Shown here one piece after another: positions 1-15,838 of a stretch of DNA of 64,000 bases. The translations under genes and the position numbers were made by a program. Position 1 is the first letter of the stretch, and the number at the start of each line of letters is the position of its first letter. Under the pieces are notes generated by a model that saw nothing but the letters and a program-made list of their open reading frames with translations, was not told where the DNA came from and ran no database searches. This DNA is from the human T2T-CHM13v2.0 reference genome, Homo sapiens: NCBI RefSeq assembly GCF_009914755.1, contig NC_060934.1; one strand, given 5' to 3'.

Positions 1-343
1 GTCAGGAGTTCAAGACCAGCCTGTGCAACATACCAAATCTCTGTTTTCACAAAAAAAAAATAATAATCATAATTAATCAGGTTTTGTGGCCTGTGCCTGT
101 GGTCCCAGCTACTTGGGAGGCTGAGGTGGGAGGAGGCTTGAGACCAGGAATTTGAGATTTGAGGCTGCAGTAAGCTATGAACACACCACTGCATTCCAGC
201 CTGAGCAAAGGAGCAAGACTGCCTCTTAAAAAAAAAAAAAAATTAAAGTTAAAAAAGAAATGGGCCAGGTGCAGTGGCTCATGCCTATAATCCCAGCACT
301 TTGGGAGGCCGAGGCGGGTAGATCACCTGAGGTCGGGAGTTCA

Positions 344-601
<258 letters not shown>

Positions 602-1904
602 TCAGAGATATGACAGGCTTGATAGAGCAGAATATAGTGGGAAAAGCATGGCACTGGAGTCCAACAGAAATATCCCGACACCTGGAAGGCACTCACTCAC
701 ACTAAGGAGTTACCCAATAAGCCTCAATTTCATCATCTGTAAATAAAAAAATAAAACTCACCTACCAAGTAAGTAGATGCCCCATAATAAAGAGTATTAA
801 AATTAAAATCGAGATACTAGAAATTGATGATTATTTTCTCTTGATGGAAAGGTTGCAGGCAGGTTTCTTCGACAAAACGTGAAATACAAGACATTTATGT
901 TAGCCAATTTTCTCTTATCACAATTATTGGAAAAAAATAAGTAATGACCTATTAAAATATTAATTTTAGGCACGTTTAATGTAACTTATTGATTTGATAA
1001 ATATTATAGCCAAAATACAAAAATTCTGAAAAAGAGAAGGTAGAAATCCACAATACTCTAAGGCCATATTACCACTGTCACTATTTGGTGTACTTCCGGG
1101 CCTTCTTCCTTTCAGAACTGTAATCATGTCGCATAAGCCATTTGCATCCTGTTGATTTTCTCCGTTTAAGTCCAAACTGGAAGCATTTTTCCATTTAGTC
1201 TTCATAATCCTCACTTCTAACGATTGCATAACTGTCTACTCAAAACCGCTGCCCACAAGTAGCACTTAATAAACACTTTTAATGAAGGAGCAAATGCACA
1301 CACCGTTATCGACCAAATCATTCCCCACTTACACCTTTTTCATGGAAAATGCCTGTGTGTTTTCATGCGAATCTCGTTTTCCACAAAGCTAGACTGTTCT
1401 ATTAAAATAATAGAGTCTACATTCTATATTGGCAAATGCATGGCAAGAGAGGAAATAAACACGATGTTTTGTTTACCAGCAACAAATCTCCCCCAAAGAA
1501 ATCTGAATCACGATGGAAAAACAAAACAAACTTGTGGGCTGGCTTTGCTGTCGTCCGGGTGGGTGGAGGAAAGACACGGCATATAAGCAAATGGTAAAAA
1601 TTTCAAACAGATCAGGACAAACAGAATCCCTCGCCGGTAGCGACCGCGGTCACCAGTTTCTTGTCCTTTTTTTTTTTAACTTTTTTTTTTTTTAACCCAG
1701 AGATGCAAAGGGCTCATCCTTCCTGTACATTCGTCCAGGGAAGTCTGATTCATACATGACCGGCACCTGTGTGCACACCCACAGCTCCCTCTGCACCGCG
1801 TTTCGCCCTCGCTCCCGGGACGCTCCCACCGCAGCACCCACCGGTCAGCCCCGGCCATTAACTACGGCTCTGGGGCGTTCCCTGGCACTGCGCGCCGTCC
1901 TTCA

Positions 1905-2330
<426 letters not shown>

Positions 2331-2685
2331 CTAGCGCGGCCGCCGCCGCCACCCCACAATGCAGCGCGCCGCCCGGGAGCCTCCCGAGGCTCGCGCGAAG
2401 CCACTCGGGCGCCCGCAGGCCCGGCCGGCCCGGCGCCTCTTGGAGCTGACGCCGCCCGCGCCATCTTGACCGAGGGCAGCTTTCCACTATTTCCGTTCCT
2501 TCTCCATAAGGGGCCGCCGTCGTCAGTGAGGGTGAGGCGGAGAGACAGAGCGGGAAGGGAAACAGGATGGGGAGAGTCAAGAGGGGAAGGGAAGCGGGAG
2601 TCGGGGTGCGAGCCTGCCCTTTCCCCCGCCGAGGGCCTGTGCGGGGCGCGGCGGCCGCGCCAACTCCGGCGTCGGGAACACTCAC

Positions 2686-2770
2686 CGCAGGACGCTTTGC
2701 CCTCCTTGGAATCGCAGTAGCCGCAGTGGTAGCCGGCCCTGAGGCCCTTGTATTCCACCACCGACGCCAT
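2686..2770 (-). CDS. ATE1: ATE1 alternative first coding exon 1A (MASVVEYKGLRAGYHCGYCDSKEGKASC/G)
   Basis: ATG at 2770 in GCCATGG context; 85 nt ending at a G|GTGAG donor (ctcac 2681-2685), phase 1 like exon 1B; shares the VV-Y...Y-CGYC motif. Confidence 0.93.
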
Positions 2771-3481
2771 GGCCGCCGCGAGGGTCCGCTCGGGCCGACC
2801 ACGCCTCTTGGCGCCCGGGGCCGACCTCGGCGAAGCGCTGGGGCCCGCGGCGGGAGGGGTGGAGAGCGAAGCCTGGCGCGGGGACCCGTGGGCGGGGATG
2901 GTGGTCGTGTCCCCAAGCCCTGCGTTTGGGCCGGTGCTTCCCACAGCTGTGCGTTATCAGCCCCATTTCACAGGTTAGGAAACTGAGGACCGGAGGTTGT
3001 GATTATCCCAAAGTCATTCCCGGCGGGTCTCGGATTGAAAGTTAGCCTCTCAGGCCGCCCCTGGCCACCGTGTAAGTGACTTGCTGGAGCTGCTTCCAGA
3101 CCAGCTGGCACGCACTCCAGTGCCCTGAATACAAGAACACAAGCAGGTATTCCGTGAATGGCGAGGGTTCGCAAATTAAAGAACTCTTAACGGCTTTTAA
3201 AGGAAACAACTGTCAGCTAGAGACAGTTGCTGTCTTGTACCACTATAAGTCCGGTGCCTCATACGATTTTTAATGAGATGCTGGAAATACAGGGTTTGTT
3301 TGTTTTTTTTAACTCTACAGTCCAAACAAAACAGTTTTACAGGCTGAATCCAGCCCATGGGCCTCCATTTTGCAACCACTATTTTAAGGAAGATTTAAGG
3401 AATAAGAGTCTAGGGCAAAATATAAAATTGAGGCTCATGCCTGTAATCCCAGCACTTTGGGAGGCCGAGGCGGGCGTATCA

Positions 3482-3828
<347 letters not shown>

Positions 3829-3847
3829 TGAAACCCCTTCTCTATTA

Positions 3848-4051
<204 letters not shown>

Positions 4052-4284
4052 TTATCTTTCCCTCTGCGTGCACAGATAATTTAAGCCTGTCTGTCCTCAT
4101 AGTTTTCCCAGTCAACAATAAAGCTGATGATACAATATTGTTTTAAGTGTGTTTAAAAAAGTGAAATGAAACTCAGAGAAATAGAAATAAATTTTTGAGG
4201 TGAGTTTTGACATTCTTGACCCCAAGGGCCTGTGTTAGATATGTACCTAGCTGAAGGAGGTTTCTTGGTGGCCTGGTGACTTGT

Positions 4285-5256
4285 TGAAGGGGGCCAGCCC
4301 CTCCACACCTGTGGGTGTTTCTCGTCAGGTGGGACGAGAGACTGAGAAAAAAAGTAAGACACAGAGACAAAGTGTAGAGAACAGTGGGCCCAGAGGACCA
4401 GGGCTCAGCATACGGAGGACCCGCGCCAGCACTGGTCTCTGAGTTCCCTCAGTATTTATTGATCACTATCTCTACCATCTCGGTGAGGGGGATGTGGCAG
4501 GACTATAGAGTAATGGTGGGGAGAGGGTCAGCAGGAAAACGTGAGCAAAGATCTCTGTGTCATAAGTTTAAGGAAAGGTGCTATGCCTCAATGTGCACGT
4601 AGGCCAGATTTATGTCTGGCTTTACACAAACATTTTAGTGCAGTAAAGAGCAATATTGCCGCCAGCATGTCTCACCTCCAGCCATAAGGCGGTTTTCTCC
4701 TATCTCAGTAAATAGAACGTATGATCGAGTTTTACACTGAGACATTCCATTCCCAAGGAAAAGCAGGAGAGAGATGCCTTCCTCTTACCTCAACTGCAAA
4801 GAGGCCTTCCTCTTTCACTAATCCTCCTCAGCACAGACCCTTTATGGGCTGGGGGACGGTCAGGTCTTTCCCTTCCCACGAGGCCATATCTCAGGCTATC
4901 ACATGGGGAGAAACCTTGGACAATACCTGGCTTTCCTGGGCAGAGGTCCCTGTGGCCTTCCACAGTGCATTGTGTCCCTGGATACTCGAGATTAGAGAAT
5001 ATCAATGACTTTTACCAAGCATACTGTCTTCAAACACATTTTTAACAAAGCACATCCTGCACAGCCCTAAATCCATTAAACCTTGAGTCAACACAGCACA
5101 TGTCTCTGCAGGCACAGGGTTGGGGCTAGGGTTACAGATTAACAGCATCTCAAGGCAGAAGAATTTCTCTTAGTACAGAACAAAATGGAGTTTCTTATGT
5201 CTACTTCTTTCTACGAAGACACAGTAACAGTCTGATCTCTCTTTGTTTTCCCCACG
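4285..5256 (-). mobile_element. Solo HERV-K(HML-2) LTR, LTR5A-like
   Basis: Reverse complement starts (C)GTGGGGAAAACAAAGAGAGATCAGACTGTTACTGTG and ends GGGGCTGGCCCCCTTCA; TSD CTTGT at 4280-4284 and 5257-5261. Confidence 0.88.
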
Positions 5257-5431
5257 CTTGTTAATACTGCCAAGCATCACTTGTGCCTCCCACAATCGGA
5301 AGGCACCTAAGGAGTGGCCATGTAATATCCAGCAGCTTCTCAGGCGTTCCTCCAACTTCTTAAACTTGAAAACTGCATGCTATATCTCAGTATTCATGTT
5401 CTTAAGTCAAGCTTCATCCATTTTGTTCTTT

Positions 5432-5541
5432 ATGGCAGATTTGACTATTCCCAGTCCTTTCCCAGACCGGCTCTCATTTTGAACAAAAGCAAAGCCCGTG
5501 GAATGCATCAGAAAGAGAGCAGAATATGCTCTGGACAGAAG
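5432..5541 (+). pseudogene. Putative upstream coding exon of the fossil gene (MADLTIPSPFPDRLSF*TKAKPVECIRKRAEYALDR)
   Basis: Non-repetitive. Either starts at ATG 5432 or is entered by the tttatggcag acceptor (exon start 5439). One in-frame TGA (5480-5482). Ends AAG|GT at 5541/5542 in phase 2, matching the next exon; the donor GTGGAC is weak. Confidence 0.5.
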
Positions 5542-5723
5542 GTGGACCAGGAGGCTTTTTGGTCTTAATATTCCTGTCCCACTTCACTTCTGTCCCTCTA
5601 AAGCCTCATCCTTATCCTAAGTCCTACACTAACCTCAGCCAGGGCACTTCAAGACATGCCAGCCTTGAAAAATAATGAGAATGTCCAAAGTCCTAGGCAT
5701 ATGTGGTGTTTTTTGGTTTTTGA

Positions 5724-6038
<315 letters not shown>

Positions 6039-7575
6039 TGAGGCAGTTTCACTCTGTTACCCGGGCTAGAGTGCGGTGCCACAATCAAAGCTTACTGCAG
6101 TCTCAACCTCCTGGGCTCAAGTGGCTGAGATTACAAGTGCACACCACCACGCCTGGCTAATTTTTGTATTTTTAGTAGAGACGGGGTTTCACCATGTTGC
6201 CCAAGGAGGTCTCAAACTCCTGAGCTTGGGAGCTCAGCCCACTTTGGCCTCCCAAAGCGCTGGGATTACAGGCGTGAGCCACTGTGCACGGCCAGCATAT
6301 GTGTTAACTCCCTTAATTCTTATAGCAACTTCACAAGTTAGGAAATGTAGATCAGAGAGGCTAAATAACTTACCCAAGGTTAAACAACTAATAACAGACA
6401 TTTGGAGGGAGAAAAGGTAATAAAGATAAAAGAAATCGAAATGGAAAAGAGATAAACAAATACTAGGTTTGGAGCTGTGTGAGTTCCTAAATGTCTATTT
6501 TGCTCAAGGTCAGAGGCAACTTTTTTGTCTTCCATGAAAAAAAAAAAATACATAGCTTCATTTAGTTTCCTCCTTTTTGGGGGAAAATGGAGGACACTAT
6601 TAGAATGTCGTTCTGCTTATGAGATGCTAGCAATAGACAGTTGTCTTTGCTTTTCATTTTCTTACTTGACAATAACATGGTGACAAAAAAATTTTTCGGT
6701 CCCATTAACTTCTTTTTTTTTTTTTTTTTTGAGATGGAGTTTCACTCTCATCACCCAGGGTGGAGTGCAATGGCACAATCTCAGCTCACTGCAACCTCCG
6801 TCTCCCAGACTGAAGCAATTCTCTTGTCTCAGCCTCCTGAGTAGATTGGATTACAGGTGTGCGCGCTACCACGCCCAGCTAATTTTTGTATTTTTAGTAG
6901 AGACAGGGTTTCACCATGTTGGCCAGGCTGATCTTGAACTCCTGACCTCATGATCCCCCCCACCTCGGCCTCCCAATCCTGCTGGGATTACAGGCATGAG
7001 CCACTGTGCCCGGCCCCCATTAACATTTTTAATGTTATCAGATGTAATATTGAGTCTACAAAGCCACAAGTGTGAGGCTCGGCCCTAGGCCCTGGTGATG
7101 TGAAGGATCTTTGCATGGTGACAACAGGCTTAGATCATGTTTCTTAAAGGTAATAAAGTAAAACACATTCTCCTTTCCCTCTAAAGGTGTTGTAAGTAGA
7201 TGGGACCTAAGTTAAGGCAGAGCAAAAAGGGTAAAATAAAGATAATCTGAGGACAGAGAGGAGGGACACTCCAGGAAGCAGGTTTGGGTTGTATGAGCAG
7301 AGGCAGGGAGGTGAACAGGAGCAGCAGGGTGCCTCAGGTGCCAGCAGAGTCCAGGAGGTGCTTTCCTCTGCAGGCCACTCACTGTCAGGAGCCCTAGATT
7401 GATCTCCTTTCCTCAACTATCTGGATCTGGCCACCAGTGTGGTAGATACTAGCCACATGTGGCTGTTGAGCACCTAAAATGTAGCTAGTGTGACTGGGGA
7501 ACTAAATTTTTTTGTTTTATTTAAATTAATTTTTTTTTTTGAGACGGAGTTTTGCTCTTGTTGCCCAGGCCGTAG

Positions 7576-7701
<126 letters not shown>

Positions 7702-8289
7702 TAGTAGAGATGGGCTTTCTCCATGTTGGTCGGGCTGGTCTCGAACTCCCGACCTCAGGTGATCTGTCTGCCTCGGCCTCCCAAAGTGCTGGAATTACAG
7801 GCATGAGCTACCGCGCCTGACCCTAATTAATTTGAATTTTAAAACTACAACAGTACAGAACACACCAAGCAGGCACAAATGCCAAAAAGTCTACACAGGT
7901 GTATCATATATAAGGCACCAGAAATCAAAGACAGAAAATCTTGAAAGAAGCCAGAGGAAAAAAGAGACCTTACATATAGAGGAGCAACAATAAGAATTAC
8001 ATCACACCTCTCTTCAGAAACCATGGAAGCCAGGAGAGAGGAGAGTGAAGTATTTAAAAAATATTGAAAGAACAAAAAACAGCCTAGAATTCTATATCCA
8101 GAGAAATTATCCTTCAAAAGTGAAAGGGAATTAAAGACTATCTCAGATAAAAATGGAGGGAGTTTGTTGCCAGTAGACCTGCTTTCCAAGAAATGTTGAA
8201 GAAATTCTTCAGAGAGAAAGCAAATAGGCCGGGCATGGTGGCTCACGCCTGTAATCCTAGCACTTTGGGAGGCCGAGGCAGGTGGATTA

Positions 8290-8550
<261 letters not shown>

Positions 8551-8653
8551 TCAGATCTGCATAAAGAAAGGAAGAGCATTAGAGAAGGAATAAATGGAGG
8601 TAAAAATGTTTTTAACCTTAATTGATCTAACAGCAGTTGGCCACAGATAATAA

Positions 8654-8746
<93 letters not shown>

Positions 8747-8841
8747 TGAGACCATCCTGGCCCACATGGCGAAACCCCACCTCTGCTAAAAATACAAAAA
8801 AATTAGCTGGGCATGGTGGCACGTGCCTGTAGTCCCAGCTA

Positions 8842-8986
<145 letters not shown>

Positions 8987-9138
8987 TTATGGGTAAGTAG
9001 TATGATCATTGAACCTTATGGAAATAAATGACGGCAGTGTTATAAGGGATGGGAGGTAATAAATGGAAATGCTGTTATAAGGTACTTGTGTGCTATTCAT
9101 AAAGTGGTATAGTATTATTTGAAAGAGAATTTGGATTA

Positions 9139-9485
<347 letters not shown>

Positions 9486-9901
9486 CTATGGAAATAAAAA
9501 GTTAAAATAAATGAAAATAATTTTAAAAATAAATTAAAAAGCAAAAACATTTGATAGACTAAATTAGGAGAAAAAATCAAATCATATTAAATGCTTAACT
9601 TAAAACCCGAAGAGGCAGGCCAGCCATAGTGGCTCACATCTGTAATCCTAGCACTTTAGGAAGCCGAGGCGGGCGGATCACCTGAGGTCAGGAGTTCAAG
9701 ACCAGCCTGGCCAACATGGTGAAACCCCATCTCTACTAAAAATGCAAAAATCAGCCGGGCATGATAGCGTACGTCTGTAATCCCAGCTATTTGGGAGACT
9801 GAGGCACGAGAAATCATTTGAACCCAGGAGGCAGAGGTTGCAGTGAGCCAAGATCATGCCACTGCACTCCAGCCTGGGTAACGGAGCAAGACTCTTGTCT
9901 C

Positions 9902-9932
<31 letters not shown>

Positions 9933-10070
9933 AAAAGAAGGCTGAAAAAGAGTGGAACAGAAAAAAAGAAAAGAAAAAAACCAAGAACAAGAGCAGAAAA
10001 AAAAAATAGTAACATGGGCCAGGCACGGTGGCTCAAGCCTGTAATATCAACACTTCGGGAGACTAAGGCA

Positions 10071-10876
<806 letters not shown>

Positions 10877-11996
10877 CTATATGTTGTCTACAAGAAAACC
10901 ACCTTAAATTTAAAGACACATTTAGATTAAAAGCAGAAGGATGGACCAATCATGGTGGCTTATGCCTATAATCTCAGCACTTTGGGAGGCCAAGGAGGGG
11001 ATTGCTTGAGGCCAGGGGTTCAAGACCCTGGCGATATAGCAAGACCCTGTCTCTACAAAAAAAAAAAAAAATGTTTTTAGCTGGGCCTGGTGGTGTGTGC
11101 CTGTAGTCTCAGCTACTTGGGAGGCTGAGGTGGGAGGACCACTTGAGCACAGGAGGTTTAGCTTGCTGTGAGCCATGATCACGCCTCTGACCTCCAGCAT
11201 GGGCAACAGAGACCCTGTTTCAAAATTAAATAAGTAAATAAATGAGGAAGGTTATACCATGCTAACACTAATTAAAAGAAACCTAGAGTAGCTATATTAA
11301 TTTCAGAAAAAAACAGACTTCACAGTAAAGAAAATTAGGAATAAAGAAGGGCATTACATAATGATAAAGAGATCCATTCTCTAAGAAGGCATAACAATCC
11401 TTTATGTGGGTACACCATCCAATAGAGTGGTAAACTACATCAGGCAAAAACTGATAAAACTACAAGGAGAAATAGATGAATCCACTATTATACTAAGAGA
11501 CTTCAACACCCCTCTGTCAGTAATTGATGCATCTACCAGGAAGAAAATCAGTAAAAATATAGTTGAATCAAATAACATCATCAGTCAACTAGATCTAATT
11601 GACATCTATAGAATTCTTCACCTAAGAGTTTCTTCTCAAGCTCACAACATTCACCAAAGTAGACCACATTCTGGACCATAAAAAAATCAGCTTAACACAT
11701 TTTAAAGACTAGAAAACCTGCAGTGTCTGCTTTCAGACCACAATGGCATTGAACTAGAAATTAATAACAGATATTAGCCACACACAGTGATGTGTGCCTA
11801 TAATTCCATCTACTCAGAAGAGTGAGGCAGAGAATCACTTGTGCCCAGCCTGGGCAACTTAGCAAGACCCTGTCTCAAAAAAAAAAAAATGACAGCTGGA
11901 AAATTCCAACATACTTGGAGATTAAACAACACACTTATAAATAACGCTTTGGTGAAAGAATAAGTCTCAAGAGAAATTTAGAAATACATTGAACTA

Positions 11997-12347
<351 letters not shown>

Positions 12348-13824
12348 TTAAAATTTGTGAGATTTAGCAAAACCAGTGCTTAGAGGGAAATGTATAGCAG
12401 TAAATGCATTCTTTAAAAAGGAGATCTAAAATCAATATTCTACCTTCGAAGGCTAAAAAAAGGCCAAATCCCAAATAAGCAGAAAAAAATAATGATAATT
12501 GGAGTAGAAATCAAAGAAATTAAATAGGGGAAATGGGTACAGAAAATCAGTGAACCCAAAAGTTGGTTCTGTGAAATAAAATTGATAAACCTCTAGTAAG
12601 GTTAAGGAAAAAAAAGAAGACTAATTACTGGTATCAGAAGTGAAAGAGGGACCATCACTACTGATCCATGGACCTTTATTGTCCATTATCCATGAGTAAT
12701 AAAGGGGGATATAATTAAAACTCTGTGCCCACAAATATGACCACCTAGAGAAAATTGATGGATTCCTTAAAAGGTAGAATCTGCCAAAACTCACCAAAGA
12801 AGAAAAAGATCTGAATAGGTCTGTATCTATTAAAGACGTTTAATGAATGACTAATGACTGAAAACAGAAGCGCCAAGCACAGATGGGTTCGCTAGTAGAT
12901 TCTACTTAACATTTGTGGAAGAAATTATACCAGTTATGTATAGTCTCTTCCAGAAAATAGACGCAAAGGGGATACTTTCTGACTCATTCTGTGAGGCCAA
13001 CGTTATTCTAATACCAAAATCAAATCTGACAATGTATAGGAAGAATTATACACCATCACCAAGTAGGATTTATTCCAGGTATGCAAGACTGGTTCGATAT
13101 TAGAAAAGCAATTACTGTAGCCCATCACCTCAAATCAGAAAGAAAGTCATATGATCATATCAGTAGATATGGAAACAGCGTTTGACAAAATTCAATACCC
13201 ATTCATGATAAATACTCAGCAAACTAAAATACAGGAGACCTTCCTCAATTTAAGAACATCTTACTAAAGTCTTACAGCTAACATCATACTTAATGGTGAG
13301 AAACTAGGTGGTTTCTCCTAAAAAATGATCTTATATCTCCTGATCTTAATCAGGAACAAGGCAAGGATGTCCTCTCTTACCATTTCTATTCAATGTCTTA
13401 GCAGAAGTCCTAGTGAATGTACTAAGACTATAAAAGGAAACAAAGGTATATAGATTAGGAAGGAATTAAACTGTCTTTGTTTGCAGATGATATGATTGTC
13501 TATGTGGAAAATCCCAAAGAAACAGCAACAAAAAAAAAAGCCTCCTGGAACTAATGACCAATTACAGGAAGGTAGCAGGATACAGCCTTGTTAATATCCA
13601 AAATAAATTGCTTTCCTATATATCAGAAATGAACAGGCTAGCTGGGCACAGTGGCTCACATCTGTAATCCAAGCACTTTGGGAGGCCGAGGCAGGTAGAT
13701 CACCTGAGGCCAGCAGTTCGAGACCAGCCTGTCTAACATGGTGAAACCCCATCTCTACTAAAAATACAAAAATTAGCCCAGCGTGATGGCACATGCCTGT
13801 AATCCCAGCTACTCAGGAGGCTTA

Positions 13825-13977
<153 letters not shown>

Positions 13978-14361
13978 TCATGCCTGTAATCCCAGCACTT
14001 TGGGAGGCCAAGGCAGGCAGGTCACTTGAGGTTAGGAGTTCAAGACCAGCCTGGCCAACATGGCAAAACCCCATCTGTACTAAAAATACAAAAATTAGCC
14101 AGGCGTGGTGACATGTGCCTGTAATCCCCAGCTACTTGGGAGGTTGAGGCACAAGAATCACTTGAACTCAGGAGGTGGAGGTTGCAGTGAGCCAAGGTCA
14201 TCCCACTGCAGACTGCATTCCAGCCTGGACGACAGAGCAAGATCCTGTCTCCAAAAAAAAAAGAGGAATGAACATTTACAATTTGAAATTTAAAATAATA
14301 CCATTTACATTAGCAACGAAAAAAGAAATAAGTATAAATCTGACAAAATATGTTTAATGTC

Positions 14362-14724
14362 TGATATGGTTCGGTTGTGTCCCCTCCCAAATCTCATCTT
14401 GAATTGTAGTTCCCATAATCCCCACGTGTCATGGGAGGGACCAGGTGGAGATAATTGAATCATGGGGGGCGATTTCCCCCATCCTGTTCTTGTGATAGTG
14501 AGTTAGTTTTCACGAGATCTGATGGTTTTATAAGAGGTTTCCCCCTTCGCTGGACACTCACTCTGTCTCCTGCTGCCCTGTGAAGAGATTCCTTCTGCCA
14601 TGATTGTAAGTTTCCTGAGGCCTCCCCAGCCATGTGGAACTGTGAGTCAATTAAACCTCTTTACTTTATAAACCGCCCAGTCTCGGGTATGTCTTTATCA
14701 GCAGTGTGAGAAAGGACCAATACA
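14362..14724 (+). mobile_element. THE1 (MaLR) solo LTR
   Basis: TGATATGGTT...CAAATCTCATCTTGAATTGTAG...AATACA; 5-bp TSD ATGTC/ATATC. Confidence 0.88.
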
Positions 14725-15208
14725 ATATCTATGTGAGGAGAACTACAAACCTCGAAATAAAGAATGAAATAAATGAAGAGAGAATCTATGTTCGTTGAAG
14801 GAAGATGAATGTTGTTAAGACATCAGTTTTTTACAACTTGATCTTCAGATTCTGAGTAGTCCCAGTCAGAATCCTAGGAAGTCATTTTCTGAATATCAAC
14901 AAACATTCAAAAGTTTATATGGACAGCCAAAAGACCCATAATAACCAAAACAACACTGAAGAACAACAAAGTTGGAGGACTGACGCTACTGGACTTCAAG
15001 ACTTGCTATAAAGCTAGTCATCAAGATAGTGTAGTATTGGTGAAAGAACAGATAGATAAATGGAACAGAGAGCCCAGAAATAGACTCATACAAATACAGC
15101 CAACTGATCTTTTGCAAAGGAGCAAAGGCAAGTCAATGGAAAAGTGATAGTCTTTTCCACAAATGGCACAGAACTGGACATCCATATGCAAAAAAAAAAA
15201 TACATCTA

Positions 15209-15838
<630 letters not shown>

